Shown here piece after piece: positions 35,987 through 44,776 of a stretch of DNA of 64,000 nt. Source of the stretch: a virus. Under the pieces are notes generated by a model, which had not been told where the DNA came from, did not search any database, and saw nothing but the letters and a program-made list of their open reading frames with translations. The stretch is taken from positions 96,072 through 160,071 of IMG/VR virus record IMGVR_UViG_3300020057_000001; one strand, 5' to 3'. The position numbers and the translations under genes were made by a program. How positions within the stretch are numbered: the first letter of the stretch is position 1; each line of letters starts with the position of its first letter.

Positions 35987-38701
35987 GTGGAAAAGTTAGC
36001 AAAAGCCGGGTTTACACAACTAAAACAGATGTTTGCAGATTCGGACGATCACGACCATGTCGTGAAATGGGCTGCCGATAGCATCAAACCTAACGACATG
36101 CAGTCTTGGTACTTGCGAAATTACAAACAAAATCCCGCTATCCACACAACTGACAACCAAGAAAAAATTGCACATTTTTCAGGAATGCACGGTCTTTCCG
36201 AGGACATCAAAAACGTTAAATTAGATAAAAACGACACGTTAGAATCCGGTTTAGCAAAATACGATCAGGCTGAAAAAAAATGGCAATCGAGTAGTGGGAG
36301 CCGTTTCACGGCTCCAGAAGGTAAAAAGATTGTCGACCTTGGTAACAACATGGGTTGGTACAATCTCAAAAAGCCTACGTCAGATGAAGAGTCTAGTTGT
36401 ATGGGGCATTGTGGAAATTATGGAAATCCTCACGAAAAAGACCAAATCCTTTCGTTAAGAAAAGAAGTAAAAGTCGGAAATAAAACCTATCACGAGCCCA
36501 TGTCAACTGCTATTTACAATAAAGGTTGGCTAGGCGAAATGAAAGGTCGAGCAAATTCTCGTCCAGGTGAGAAGTTGCATGAACACTATGCCGCTCTTTT
36601 AAAGCACCCTAAAATCAAAGGGTTAATTGGTGCAGGCCATAAACCCGAAGGAAATTTTCATTTCGACGACTTAAGCCCAGAACTTCAACAGCAAGTCAAA
36701 ACAGCAAATCCGGCAATGGTGGACTTAAGAAGTAATGCTTGGGATACAGCAACAAAACACAAAGCCACAGCGTCCGTGCCTAAAATTAAAAAATATCAGC
36801 ATACTGTCAAAGACATTCACCGATCCACGGAACTAAAAGATCAATTGGATCAGGGACATTCAATCGATGCGCTCAAGTCAAACGACTTAAGACTAGTCGT
36901 TGATCATCCAGCTTTTCAAAAAGGGCACCTTGACAAATTAGTAAAAGGTATAGCTAACCAAAAAGGCATCAAGGATGAATACTCAAAACTCCAAGCATAT
37001 GGTGCTATTGAAAGATCTCCGCATTTAAACGACCAACACATCGACCACTTAATCGATTCAGATGAGATCGCTAACACAGCTCAATTATTAAGAAAAAAAC
37101 TCAACCAAAGCCACGTACACAGGATTGTGGAAACAGACCCCGTCATGGCAGCAGAACAGTTAAAAGACCACCGTCTCTTCAACGCAAGCCACATAACCCA
37201 CATTGTTCAAGAATCACCCGGCGCAGCAGCCGTACATTTAAAAGACCACCCCCTTCTCAACGCAAGCCACATAGACCGTATTGTTCAAGAAAAACCCTAC
37301 AGAGCAGCAGAACAGTTAAAAGACCACCCCCTCTTTAATCAAAGTCACATAGACCACCTTGTTCAAAAAGACCCCCGCGCAGCAGCCGAATATTTAAACG
37401 ACCACCCCCTCTTTAATCAAAGCCACATAGACCATATTGCTCAAAAAACACCCTACGAAGCAGCCGTATATTTAAAAGACCACCCCCGTCTCAACGCAAG
37501 CCACATAGACCACATTGCTCAAAAAGCACCCCACGCAGCAGCCGAACATCTAAAAGACCACCCCCGTCTCAACGCAAACCACATAGACCAAATTGCCCAA
37601 CAAGAACCCTTCAGAGCAGCACAATATTTAGGCACCCACCCTCTCTTCAACGCAAGCCACATATTTTCTGCTATCCACCAAGCGCCCCGCGAGGCAGCCG
37701 ACTATTTAAAAGACCACCCCCTCTTCAACGCAAGCCACATAGACCATATTGTTCAAACATCTCCGAGAGATGCGGCCCGATTTTTAAAAAACCACCCCCT
37801 TCTCAACCAAAGCCACATAACCCACATTGTTCAAGAATCGCCCGCCACAGCAGCCGACTATTTAAAAGACCACCCCCTCTTTAATCAAAGCCACATAACC
37901 CACATTGTCCAAAAATCACCCGACGCAGCCTCCCGTTTAAAAGACCACCCCCTTTTCAACCAAAGCCACATAACACATATTGTTCAACAAGAACCCAGCG
38001 AAGCAGCGGAACAGTTAAAAGACCACCCCCTTCTCAACCAAAGCCACATAGACCAAATTGTTCACAGAAACCCCTACGCCGCAGCCGACTATTTAAGAAA
38101 ACACCCCCTCTTCAACGCAAGCCACATAGACCAAATTGTTCAAGAAAACCCCTACGCAGCAGTCAAATATTTAAAAGACCACCCACTCTTCAACGCAAAC
38201 CACCTAGACCACATTGTTCAACAAGAACCCCGCGCAGCAGCCTTACATTTAAAAAACCACCCCCTCTTCAACGCAAGCCACATAGACCACATTGTTCAAC
38301 AAGACCCCTCCAAAGCTGCCATATATTTAAACGACCACCCCCTTCTCAACGCAAGCCACATAGACCACATTGTTCAACAAGACCCCGGCGCAGCAGCCTT
38401 ACATTTAAAAAACCACCCCCTTCTCAACGCAAGCCACATAGACCACATTGTTCAACAAGACCCCTCCAAAGCTGCCATATATTTAAACGACCACCCCCTT
38501 TACGCAGAAGCTGTGAGACGAGCTGAAGCTAAAAAAGTGGAAAAGTCCGCAGCAACAGCTCCGTTAACCAAATCTGAGAAAAACTTAAAGAGCGTCGTTC
38601 AAAAATTGAAACGCAAAGTGACCCCACTAACACCACCCAAAGCCCAACCTGCTAGGAAAAACCTTCTCAGTAGTGTAGCCTTAAAACTAAGAGGAAAATA
38701 A
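35987..38701 (+). CDS. Array member 5: same N-terminal region + 18 repeats
   Basis: Repeats at 37112-38512. Confidence 0.85.
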   Translation: MEKLAKAGFTQLKQMFADSDDHDHVVKWAADSIKPNDMQSWYLRNYKQNPAIHTTDNQEKIAHFSGMHGLSEDIKNVKLDKNDTLESGLAKYDQAEKKWQSSSGSRFTAPEGKKIVDLGNNMGWYNLKKPTSDEESSCMGHCGNYGNPHEKDQILSLRKEVKVGNKTYHEPMSTAIYNKGWLGEMKGRANSRPGEKLHEHYAALLKHPKIKGLIGAGHKPEGNFHFDDLSPELQQQVKTANPAMVDLRSNAWDTATKHKATASVPKIKKYQHTVKDIHRSTELKDQLDQGHSIDALKSNDLRLVVDHPAFQKGHLDKLVKGIANQKGIKDEYSKLQAYGAIERSPHLNDQHIDHLIDSDEIANTAQLLRKKLNQSHVHRIVETDPVMAAEQLKDHRLFNASHITHIVQESPGAAAVHLKDHPLLNASHIDRIVQEKPYRAAEQLKDHPLFNQSHIDHLVQKDPRAAAEYLNDHPLFNQSHIDHIAQKTPYEAAVYLKDHPRLNASHIDHIAQKAPHAAAEHLKDHPRLNANHIDQIAQQEPFRAAQYLGTHPLFNASHIFSAIHQAPREAADYLKDHPLFNASHIDHIVQTSPRDAARFLKNHPLLNQSHITHIVQESPATAADYLKDHPLFNQSHITHIVQKSPDAASRLKDHPLFNQSHITHIVQQEPSEAAEQLKDHPLLNQSHIDQIVHRNPYAAADYLRKHPLFNASHIDQIVQENPYAAVKYLKDHPLFNANHLDHIVQQEPRAAALHLKNHPLFNASHIDHIVQQDPSKAAIYLNDHPLLNASHIDHIVQQDPGAAALHLKNHPLLNASHIDHIVQQDPSKAAIYLNDHPLYAEAVRRAEAKKVEKSAATAPLTKSEKNLKSVVQKLKRKVTPLTPPKAQPARKNLLSSVALKLRGK

Positions 38702-39130
38702 ATGACAACCCAACCTAAAATTGATTACTCCCCGATTAACATGATGGCACCCCCAAACTTTTACGCCGAAGTGCCGGAGTTCAACATCACACAGAATCAA
38801 GCAACCACCCTCTGGGTACAAGTGTCCCTCACGGACGCTCTTGGTACCCGTAGGCGAATACCCGCAGCGGGAGCCACATACAAGCTGAGGTTTCCGAGAG
38901 CCAGACAAGCGATCGTAGGGTCAGCTACTCAAGGCGCCGACCAAACGTTCGACGTCACCGGAACCCTTCTTTCGGATGATCGTTCTATGGCATCGTTTGC
39001 GCTCACCGCAGACCAAACGAAGCTCGTGTTTCCAGGAAACGTCCTTCTTGTTATCACGGAGGGTGTCAACGTGACCACAATCACTAAACCCCTCGTTCTG
39101 AAAAAACACTTTCCCTTGGGGCAATGTTAA
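38702..39130 (+). CDS. Hypothetical virion protein (beta-rich)
   Basis: Contiguous with the array and the neck gene. Confidence 0.55.
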   Translation: MTTQPKIDYSPINMMAPPNFYAEVPEFNITQNQATTLWVQVSLTDALGTRRRIPAAGATYKLRFPRARQAIVGSATQGADQTFDVTGTLLSDDRSMASFALTADQTKLVFPGNVLLVITEGVNVTTITKPLVLKKHFPLGQC

Positions 39131-39978
39131 TGACAAACTGGCAAAAAGCACAACAATACCCCGTATTCGCAGAAGAGGATGGACAAGAAACAGCCGTTTC
39201 ACGGTACCGTGCCTTCCCTACGATAGAAGACTTACGCGCAGTGGCGCTGTTTGGATTTAGCGTCTACGCCAACCCTGCGGTCTTAGAGCAGATCACTGAC
39301 GACTTCCTTTACAACGCCATTACCTCTGCCATGAACGAAATAGAGATGAAGGAAGGCATTACGATTACCCCTACTGAATACACTGAGCCCTACGACCTAT
39401 CGGAAGGCTCTGCGGACTACTTCAACCCCTTTAACGGCTACAAGCTTACAAAATGGCCCGCAACTCAACTACTCTCGCTGCAATACGTGTACCCGCATGC
39501 CACGTCGACAGACCCTACGCTGTCGTATGAAGTCCCCCCTCAGTGGATTTCGCTAAGAAGAAATAGAATTTCAGTTATACCCGGTAAAGGAAGCCCTGCT
39601 ATCACTCAAGGAGGGAGTGGCTCTCTTGCTGCGGGTGTCATGGGCAGATCGTTCAGCGCAAGTATCTACCGACCGTCGGCTTTACGCATTCGGTACATTG
39701 CTGGTTTTGACCCCTGCAAAGTACCTGCCTTACTTGTCGACATGATTCTCACTCTAGCGACTATACGGCTTTTAACTGATATTACCCCCGTACTGTTCCC
39801 CTACAGCGGAGTAAGCAACAGTATCGACGGCGTGAGTCAATCCGCACAAACACCTATCTTTCAATTTCTGCAAACACGTATCACAATGCTTGAAAAGAAG
39901 TACGTGCAGCAAGCCGCAGCCTTAAAAGGCGCGTTTGGTCGATTAATGAAAATGTCAATTTTGACTTCCGGTGGGTAA
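39124..39978 (+). CDS. Head-tail adaptor / neck protein (Twort-type)
   Basis: DDFLYNAI..A..EIE...GITITP...E.YD...KWP...LSL...PPQWI...IRYIAGF...SIDGVSQS pattern. Confidence 0.7.
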   Translation: MLMTNWQKAQQYPVFAEEDGQETAVSRYRAFPTIEDLRAVALFGFSVYANPAVLEQITDDFLYNAITSAMNEIEMKEGITITPTEYTEPYDLSEGSADYFNPFNGYKLTKWPATQLLSLQYVYPHATSTDPTLSYEVPPQWISLRRNRISVIPGKGSPAITQGGSGSLAAGVMGRSFSASIYRPSALRIRYIAGFDPCKVPALLVDMILTLATIRLLTDITPVLFPYSGVSNSIDGVSQSAQTPIFQFLQTRITMLEKKYVQQAAALKGAFGRLMKMSILTSGG

Positions 39979-40010
39979 CCTCTTAAACTCCCTATCATTT
40001 AAAAAAACCC

Positions 40011-40037
40011 TAAAGTTGTTTTCGCTTCCGACGAAGA
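40011..40037 (+). promoter_or_regulatory. sigma28-like promoter
   Basis: TAAAGTTG-N11-GACGAAGA upstream of 40076. Confidence 0.45.
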
Positions 40038-40075
40038 ACCTTGTAAGAGCCAATTAAGGCTGCAAGGAGAACACA

Positions 40076-40414
40076 ATGCAATTCCAAGAATCTATGTTTC
40101 GTAAAGTCACAAACAGTTTTTTATTTTTCCGTTCTACACCCCCTCAAGCACGCGTAGCCGTCAAAATTATCCTCGTAGACGAGGACAAAGAGCGTCGCTT
40201 GGCTTATGGTGAAAAGCTTACGGCACAGGGTTTTGTTGTTCTGGCTGCCGCAACAATCTCTACGGTGGAAAAATACAGTCACCTTTATGAGGGTGCCACC
40301 TACCTTACGTCTATCGGCCCGAAGCCCGAAGACTTGATTAGTAGTTTAAGTTTTCTAAGTTCTTTTAGCCATCTACGGTTTTTTACTTTGAATACAACTA
40401 GCGAAAACTGCTAA
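40076..40414 (+). CDS. Small protein resembling a degenerate CheY-like receiver domain
   Basis: KIILVDEDKERRLAYGEKLTAQGFVVLAAATISTV; AAGGAG RBS. Confidence 0.45.
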   Translation: MQFQESMFRKVTNSFLFFRSTPPQARVAVKIILVDEDKERRLAYGEKLTAQGFVVLAAATISTVEKYSHLYEGATYLTSIGPKPEDLISSLSFLSSFSHLRFFTLNTTSENC

Positions 40415-40524
40415 TAAAATTTTTAACCTCCCGTTATGTCACCCCCTTCTCCAAACTTTAGCCAAAAGACGTGTAAAATAGTAGAGACAGTGTTTTACAC
40501 TCTTCCTTAAACTTGGAGAATACA

Positions 40525-42063
40525 ATGATCCCTGGCGTAAACAACGACCTAATGAACCAAATCGTATCTGGCTTTGAGCGACTCAACAAATCTTTCACTG
40601 CCGCAGGTCACCAACCTATCATGGCTGGTAAGACCGGTATGGCTGCATTCAGCGCATTGAACGTTGATCCAGTTATTTACAGCATCACTGCTGACAAAAA
40701 AATGTTTAAACTTACGGGCAACATGCCGAACGAAAAGACTAATACTCTTGTTCATGAATGGCGCATGATGACCGCTTCTGGTTCAGTTGGCGCTGACCTC
40801 TTTTCTGTAGAACAGACAAATTTCCTCGAAGACGCCGGTAAATATGAAGTTGTTGCTGAACCGCTAAAGCTTATCGGTACACAGCGCTCGGTTGGCTCAG
40901 TTGTAGAAATGGTAGCAGACGCTGGTGGTTATTCCGCTGGCTTCGAACCGTACAAACAAGCTGAAGTCGAAGCTTCTACACAAATTGCCAAGGCCGACGA
41001 ACTCGCTGCCTACGAAGGCGCTGACTACTACATCGACGCTGCCGGTGAAATCGACGCTCAACTTCCTTTGAACGCTTTCAACGCTTTCGGTAACCTTAAG
41101 AATCCTAAAGCTATCCGCTCATACCGCGGTCTTCAGTCCATCATCCGTAAGGGCGACCAGTCTACCTACGGTATCCCTGGCGACTTCATCGGTTTCGGAA
41201 ACAACACTTCAGTCGTGTTTAACAACGAGCAAGCTTCTCTTGACCAAACATCTTTGGACAAGGTTGGTCTCTCCTTGGCTAACAACGCTGCGGACGTTTC
41301 GAGTACAGAGGGTCACTTGACTCCAGCTCAAGCTTCTGCTCTTCGTACTTCGCTCTTGGCTTTCCAACGCCTCGACATGTACGCTAAAGGAACTGTTACT
41401 GGACCTGTAGCTGACTTGGCACGACCAGACGGCAGTATTGGCTTCATGACTGGTTCGGGGATGCTCGAACTGTGTGGCGCTCTTCTAAAGAATTCGATTG
41501 TTCAAATTCCAGTGCCTTCGCAACTTGGACAAGGACAGGCTCCTAACTCACCGGCTGCTCCTACTGTTTCTCAGACCGCCGGAAGCACCTACCTCGCCGC
41601 TGCTCAGACAGTAATGTTCGCAGTACAAGCTGTAAACATCTACGGTCGCTCTTACCCAATCTACACTGCGGTTATCACCGTTGGTGTTGCTGGTAACTCT
41701 ATCAACCTCTCAATCCCCGCTGATGCTATGGTTGCCGAATACCACGTGTTTATGACCAATCCTGCCGGTCCTTCAACTGCTGACCGTGTTCGCTTCGTAG
41801 GACGCATTCAAGCTGCGCAATCTGGCGCTACAGTGTTCAAATACATCGGCGCAATCCGTCCTGGATTCGAAACCGCAGTATTTATGCCAAAAGACGAAGC
41901 ACGCGCTAAGTCTTTGTCACTAGGACCAATTCTTTCGAGAGTTGAAGTTAATCCTTTCGGTCTAAACAAGACAATTATGTGGTTTGCTATTAAAGCAATC
42001 AAAGTCGTTTTCCCACGCCGCTTCGCACTCGTTGACAACTGCGGGTTCACTAACCTCAAGTAA
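40525..42063 (+). CDS. Major capsid protein (SPO1/K-like) with FN3/Ig-like insertion
   Basis: N-terminal LNK-SFTAAG maturation-like site, then IAKADELAAYEG and YRGL; insertion APNSPAAPTV...FAVQAVNIYGRS; GGAG RBS before ATG 40525; terminator after the gene. Confidence 0.85.
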   Translation: MIPGVNNDLMNQIVSGFERLNKSFTAAGHQPIMAGKTGMAAFSALNVDPVIYSITADKKMFKLTGNMPNEKTNTLVHEWRMMTASGSVGADLFSVEQTNFLEDAGKYEVVAEPLKLIGTQRSVGSVVEMVADAGGYSAGFEPYKQAEVEASTQIAKADELAAYEGADYYIDAAGEIDAQLPLNAFNAFGNLKNPKAIRSYRGLQSIIRKGDQSTYGIPGDFIGFGNNTSVVFNNEQASLDQTSLDKVGLSLANNAADVSSTEGHLTPAQASALRTSLLAFQRLDMYAKGTVTGPVADLARPDGSIGFMTGSGMLELCGALLKNSIVQIPVPSQLGQGQAPNSPAAPTVSQTAGSTYLAAAQTVMFAVQAVNIYGRSYPIYTAVITVGVAGNSINLSIPADAMVAEYHVFMTNPAGPSTADRVRFVGRIQAAQSGATVFKYIGAIRPGFETAVFMPKDEARAKSLSLGPILSRVEVNPFGLNKTIMWFAIKAIKVVFPRRFALVDNCGFTNLK

Positions 42064-42084
42064 GAACTTCCTGTTCTACTGACC

Positions 42085-42116
42085 AAAGCCCAGCATCCTG
42101 CTGGGTTTTTCTTTTT
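42085..42116 (+). terminator. Rho-independent terminator after MCP
   Basis: CCCAGCA-TCC-TGCTGGG followed by a T-run. Confidence 0.85.
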
Positions 42117-42126
42117 GAAATAGTTC

Positions 42127-42153
42127 TAAAGTTTCAAAAAAATGCTACGATAC
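42127..42153 (+). promoter_or_regulatory. sigma28-like promoter
   Basis: TAAAGTTT-N11-TACGATAC upstream of 42174. Confidence 0.55.
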
Positions 42154-42173
42154 CTCATGAAGCGAGGTGTTGC

Positions 42174-43700
42174 GTGAGTAAAAAAATAACCGCCGAGGAA
42201 ACCGAAATACGTGCCCAAAGCTTAAACCCTAAGTTGTCTTTAGTAAGAGCAACCTACGTCGATACTCATACCCCTTGTGAATGGATTGAAGAGGGCTTCG
42301 GAGCTTTTATACGTTCACCCAAAAAAGTCGTATCCGGCAAACAGTGCCACCATCCTGCGTCCACGCAAGCGCGGAAAGAAACAACTAGTCTCAAACGCTA
42401 CGGTACCAAAAATCCCCACCAAGCAAAAATAATCCAAGACAAGCAACAAAACACGGTACGCCAGAGGTATGGCGTGGTCAATGTAAGTGAGCTGGCATGG
42501 GTCAAAGCAAAAAAGCAGGACACCGCTCGTGCACGCTATAACTGTGAGCATACTCTGCAAGCACCGGAAGTACGCGCAAAGGGCGTCCAAACGTGCCTAG
42601 TAAAGTATGGAGCTACCAACTACATGAAATGCCCTACCATGGTGCGGCGCATCAGTGCCAGCCTCCGTGCAAAACATGGCGTTGACTGGACACCACAACT
42701 GCCAGAGATGAAGCGTAAAACGCAAGTAACAAATCTACTCAGGTACAAATTTAAATGCGCTTTACAGAACCCCGACGTCGCTGCCAAAGGGCACGCAACA
42801 AAATTGCGTAGAGGGTCGTATTACAAGTCAGAAGCTGAACGCCAAATTTTAGCCTACTTACAGGAAACCATTGACCCATTAGCTCGGTCTACCCAAACGA
42901 CATACGCCAATCGTCAGTTTCAGATTGACATTTTCGTTCCTTCCAAGAGCCTTTGTGTGGAATACAACGGGATGTTCTGGCACTCCGAGGGAAATAAGAA
43001 CACCTACACCACGAAACACTTAGACAAGACCAGAGGCTGTAACGACCAAGGGCGGCGTCTCATACACATTTGGGAAACCGAGTGGACACGTAAGCAGAGC
43101 CAAGTCAAGTCTTACCTCAACGCCGTGTGTGGCGTATTCGAGCGCCGCGTAGCGGCGCGAAAATGCACCATTGTTGAATTACTAGACCGCGACCTCGTCC
43201 AGCGGTTTTTAAATCAGAATCATCTTTTAGGCTCTTGCGTATACACAACAGCGCTGGGTCTCGTGTTCAATGATGAACTCCTTGGAGTGGCTCTGCTGGG
43301 TCGCCACCACCGCTTAAATTCTACTAACGTCGCTAAACGATTTGCATTTCTTTCTGGGGTGCAGGTTATAGGGGGGATTAGCAAGTTAACCAAGCACTTG
43401 TTCTCATACACTCAATCGGACCACCTCGTGACATGGGCGGAAATTCGACTAGGTGCAGAGGCATCGTATTCAGCCGCAGGGTGGGTGCCGCAAGCAACTT
43501 TACCGCCCGATTACTTTTATTGGAACGACAACAAAAAAATGGTAGTTTCCAAGCAGTCACGGAAAACCAATCACAAGGGGACAGGCTTGACCGAACGTCA
43601 GAAAGCACTCGAAGATGGGCTACTACGGATATATGATTGTGGGAAAGTACGTTTTGTGATCCGACGCCCTCACGTAAAACCTCCCTGTTCTACAGACTGA
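42174..43700 (+). CDS. Hef-like / Vsr-type (PD-(D/E)XK) putative homing endonuclease with (K/R)YG repeats and a C-terminal GNAT-like domain
   Basis: Repeated T...(K/R)YG units; SEAE, IDIFVPSKSLCVEYNGMFWHS, LIHIWETEW; then ARKC..FLNQNH...GGISKL...RIYDCG. Confidence 0.75.
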   Translation: MSKKITAEETEIRAQSLNPKLSLVRATYVDTHTPCEWIEEGFGAFIRSPKKVVSGKQCHHPASTQARKETTSLKRYGTKNPHQAKIIQDKQQNTVRQRYGVVNVSELAWVKAKKQDTARARYNCEHTLQAPEVRAKGVQTCLVKYGATNYMKCPTMVRRISASLRAKHGVDWTPQLPEMKRKTQVTNLLRYKFKCALQNPDVAAKGHATKLRRGSYYKSEAERQILAYLQETIDPLARSTQTTYANRQFQIDIFVPSKSLCVEYNGMFWHSEGNKNTYTTKHLDKTRGCNDQGRRLIHIWETEWTRKQSQVKSYLNAVCGVFERRVAARKCTIVELLDRDLVQRFLNQNHLLGSCVYTTALGLVFNDELLGVALLGRHHRLNSTNVAKRFAFLSGVQVIGGISKLTKHLFSYTQSDHLVTWAEIRLGAEASYSAAGWVPQATLPPDYFYWNDNKKMVVSKQSRKTNHKGTGLTERQKALEDGLLRIYDCGKVRFVIRRPHVKPPCSTD

Positions 43701-43890
43701 AGCCACGCGTTACGCGGGGTCTTCTTTAAATTTGCTTTAGAACCACCCCTTCCGCATTGGTAAACTGTAAGGGTTTTTTCGCCAGTAGTAGACATTCTTT
43801 CCTATACCTACCAAAACGTACACTTTCGCTCCTTGCATGCACCAATAGTAAGTTAAACAGAATTGCTTCTTTTTGATGCAAATGTTAAAC

Positions 43891-43917
43891 TCAAGTCTAG
43901 TGGTGAACCGCCGATAC
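43891..43917 (+). promoter_or_regulatory. sigma28-like promoter
   Basis: TCAAGTCT-N11-GCCGATAC upstream of 43949. Confidence 0.6.
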
Positions 43918-43948
43918 CACACTAGCCGCAAACCCCCAAGGAGCCCCC

Positions 43949-44155
43949 ATGAAATTCATTATTGTACTTTGCCTCTGCATCTCTCAAATTGCCTTCGCAC
44001 GTAACTCAGACAAAAATGTTCCTGATTCTGCTACGCCTACTACCCTATGCACAGCGAAAGTCAAATTGAAAAACAAAGAACTTGAAGTAAAGGGTTGTGT
44101 TAAAGACCCAGTGAAGCCCTCCACGGCTCCGGCAAAAGCGGACAAAACAAAATAA
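43949..44155 (+). CDS. Small secreted/periplasmic protein
   Basis: Signal peptide MKFIIVLCLCISQIAFA, two Cys in the mature part, AAGGAG RBS. Confidence 0.6.
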   Translation: MKFIIVLCLCISQIAFARNSDKNVPDSATPTTLCTAKVKLKNKELEVKGCVKDPVKPSTAPAKADKTK

Positions 44156-44275
44156 TCCTTGACCGTCGTGGAATTGATCGGTAGAGCTTTCCCTTTTGCG
44201 GAGCGACCCCAAGCCAAACTTTAGAGTGCCCTACACAATAGTCATTATGCATGAACCCCAACCCTTAGGAACGCC

Positions 44276-44776
44276 ATGACAGACGAGACACCAAGCCAAA
44301 CTTTAGTCACGATGCCGAAGATAGAGTTCAAACCGAAATATATCTCAGAGGACCTTTCTCCCAAGTACGAGACAAGCTTGTCAGCTTGTTTTGATCTGCG
44401 GGCGGACATCAGCCACTTCATTGTCGTAGGGGACAGCCCAGCGGTCGTGGTCATACCGACAGGGGTTTACTTGTCACAAACAGAGGGCAAGCAGATGGCG
44501 CTGATGGCTGACTCCGTGCGCCTAAAACTCAGAATAGAAGAAAAATCCTCCTTGGCTGCCAAAGGGTGGGACGTTAAAGCCGGTGTGGTTGACGCAGACT
44601 ACCCACAGGAGATAAAAGTGATTCTGCGTCTCCCAGCAGGATCGGCTCTCAACACAGGGGACAGGATTGCCCAAGCGAGCTGGGAGATGGTCTTTGTGGC
44701 TTTGGGCGTCGAGACCCGAGAGGTTGAGCGCGTCGGTGGCTTTGGTTCTACTAGTGAACCATTAGGTAATACCTAA
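44276..44776 (+). CDS. dut: dUTPase (trimeric family)
   Basis: SACFDL, KSSLA, GVVDADY, GDRIAQ, RVGGFGST. Confidence 0.9.
   Translation: MTDETPSQTLVTMPKIEFKPKYISEDLSPKYETSLSACFDLRADISHFIVVGDSPAVVVIPTGVYLSQTEGKQMALMADSVRLKLRIEEKSSLAAKGWDVKAGVVDADYPQEIKVILRLPAGSALNTGDRIAQASWEMVFVALGVETREVERVGGFGSTSEPLGNT

Noticed and set aside
23901-38512. 78/84-bp periodic repeats as a CRISPR array
   Set aside because: They are in-frame coding repeats with codon-level variation, no unique spacers and no cas genes.
22905-38701. Diversity-generating retroelement as the source of variation
   Set aside because: There is no reverse transcriptase or non-coding template repeat in the window, and differences between units are not confined to adenines. 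An RT elsewhere in the genome cannot be excluded.
43737-43931. 64-aa minus-strand ORF
   Set aside because: It overlaps the sigma28-like promoter of 43949, has no RBS and has no recognisable motif.
44209-44306. 16-bp direct repeat CCAAGCCAAACTTTAG (44209, 44291) containing a reverse-strand CTAAAGTTT
   Set aside because: It lacks the CGA box at the required spacing and flanks no recognisable element; function unsupported.
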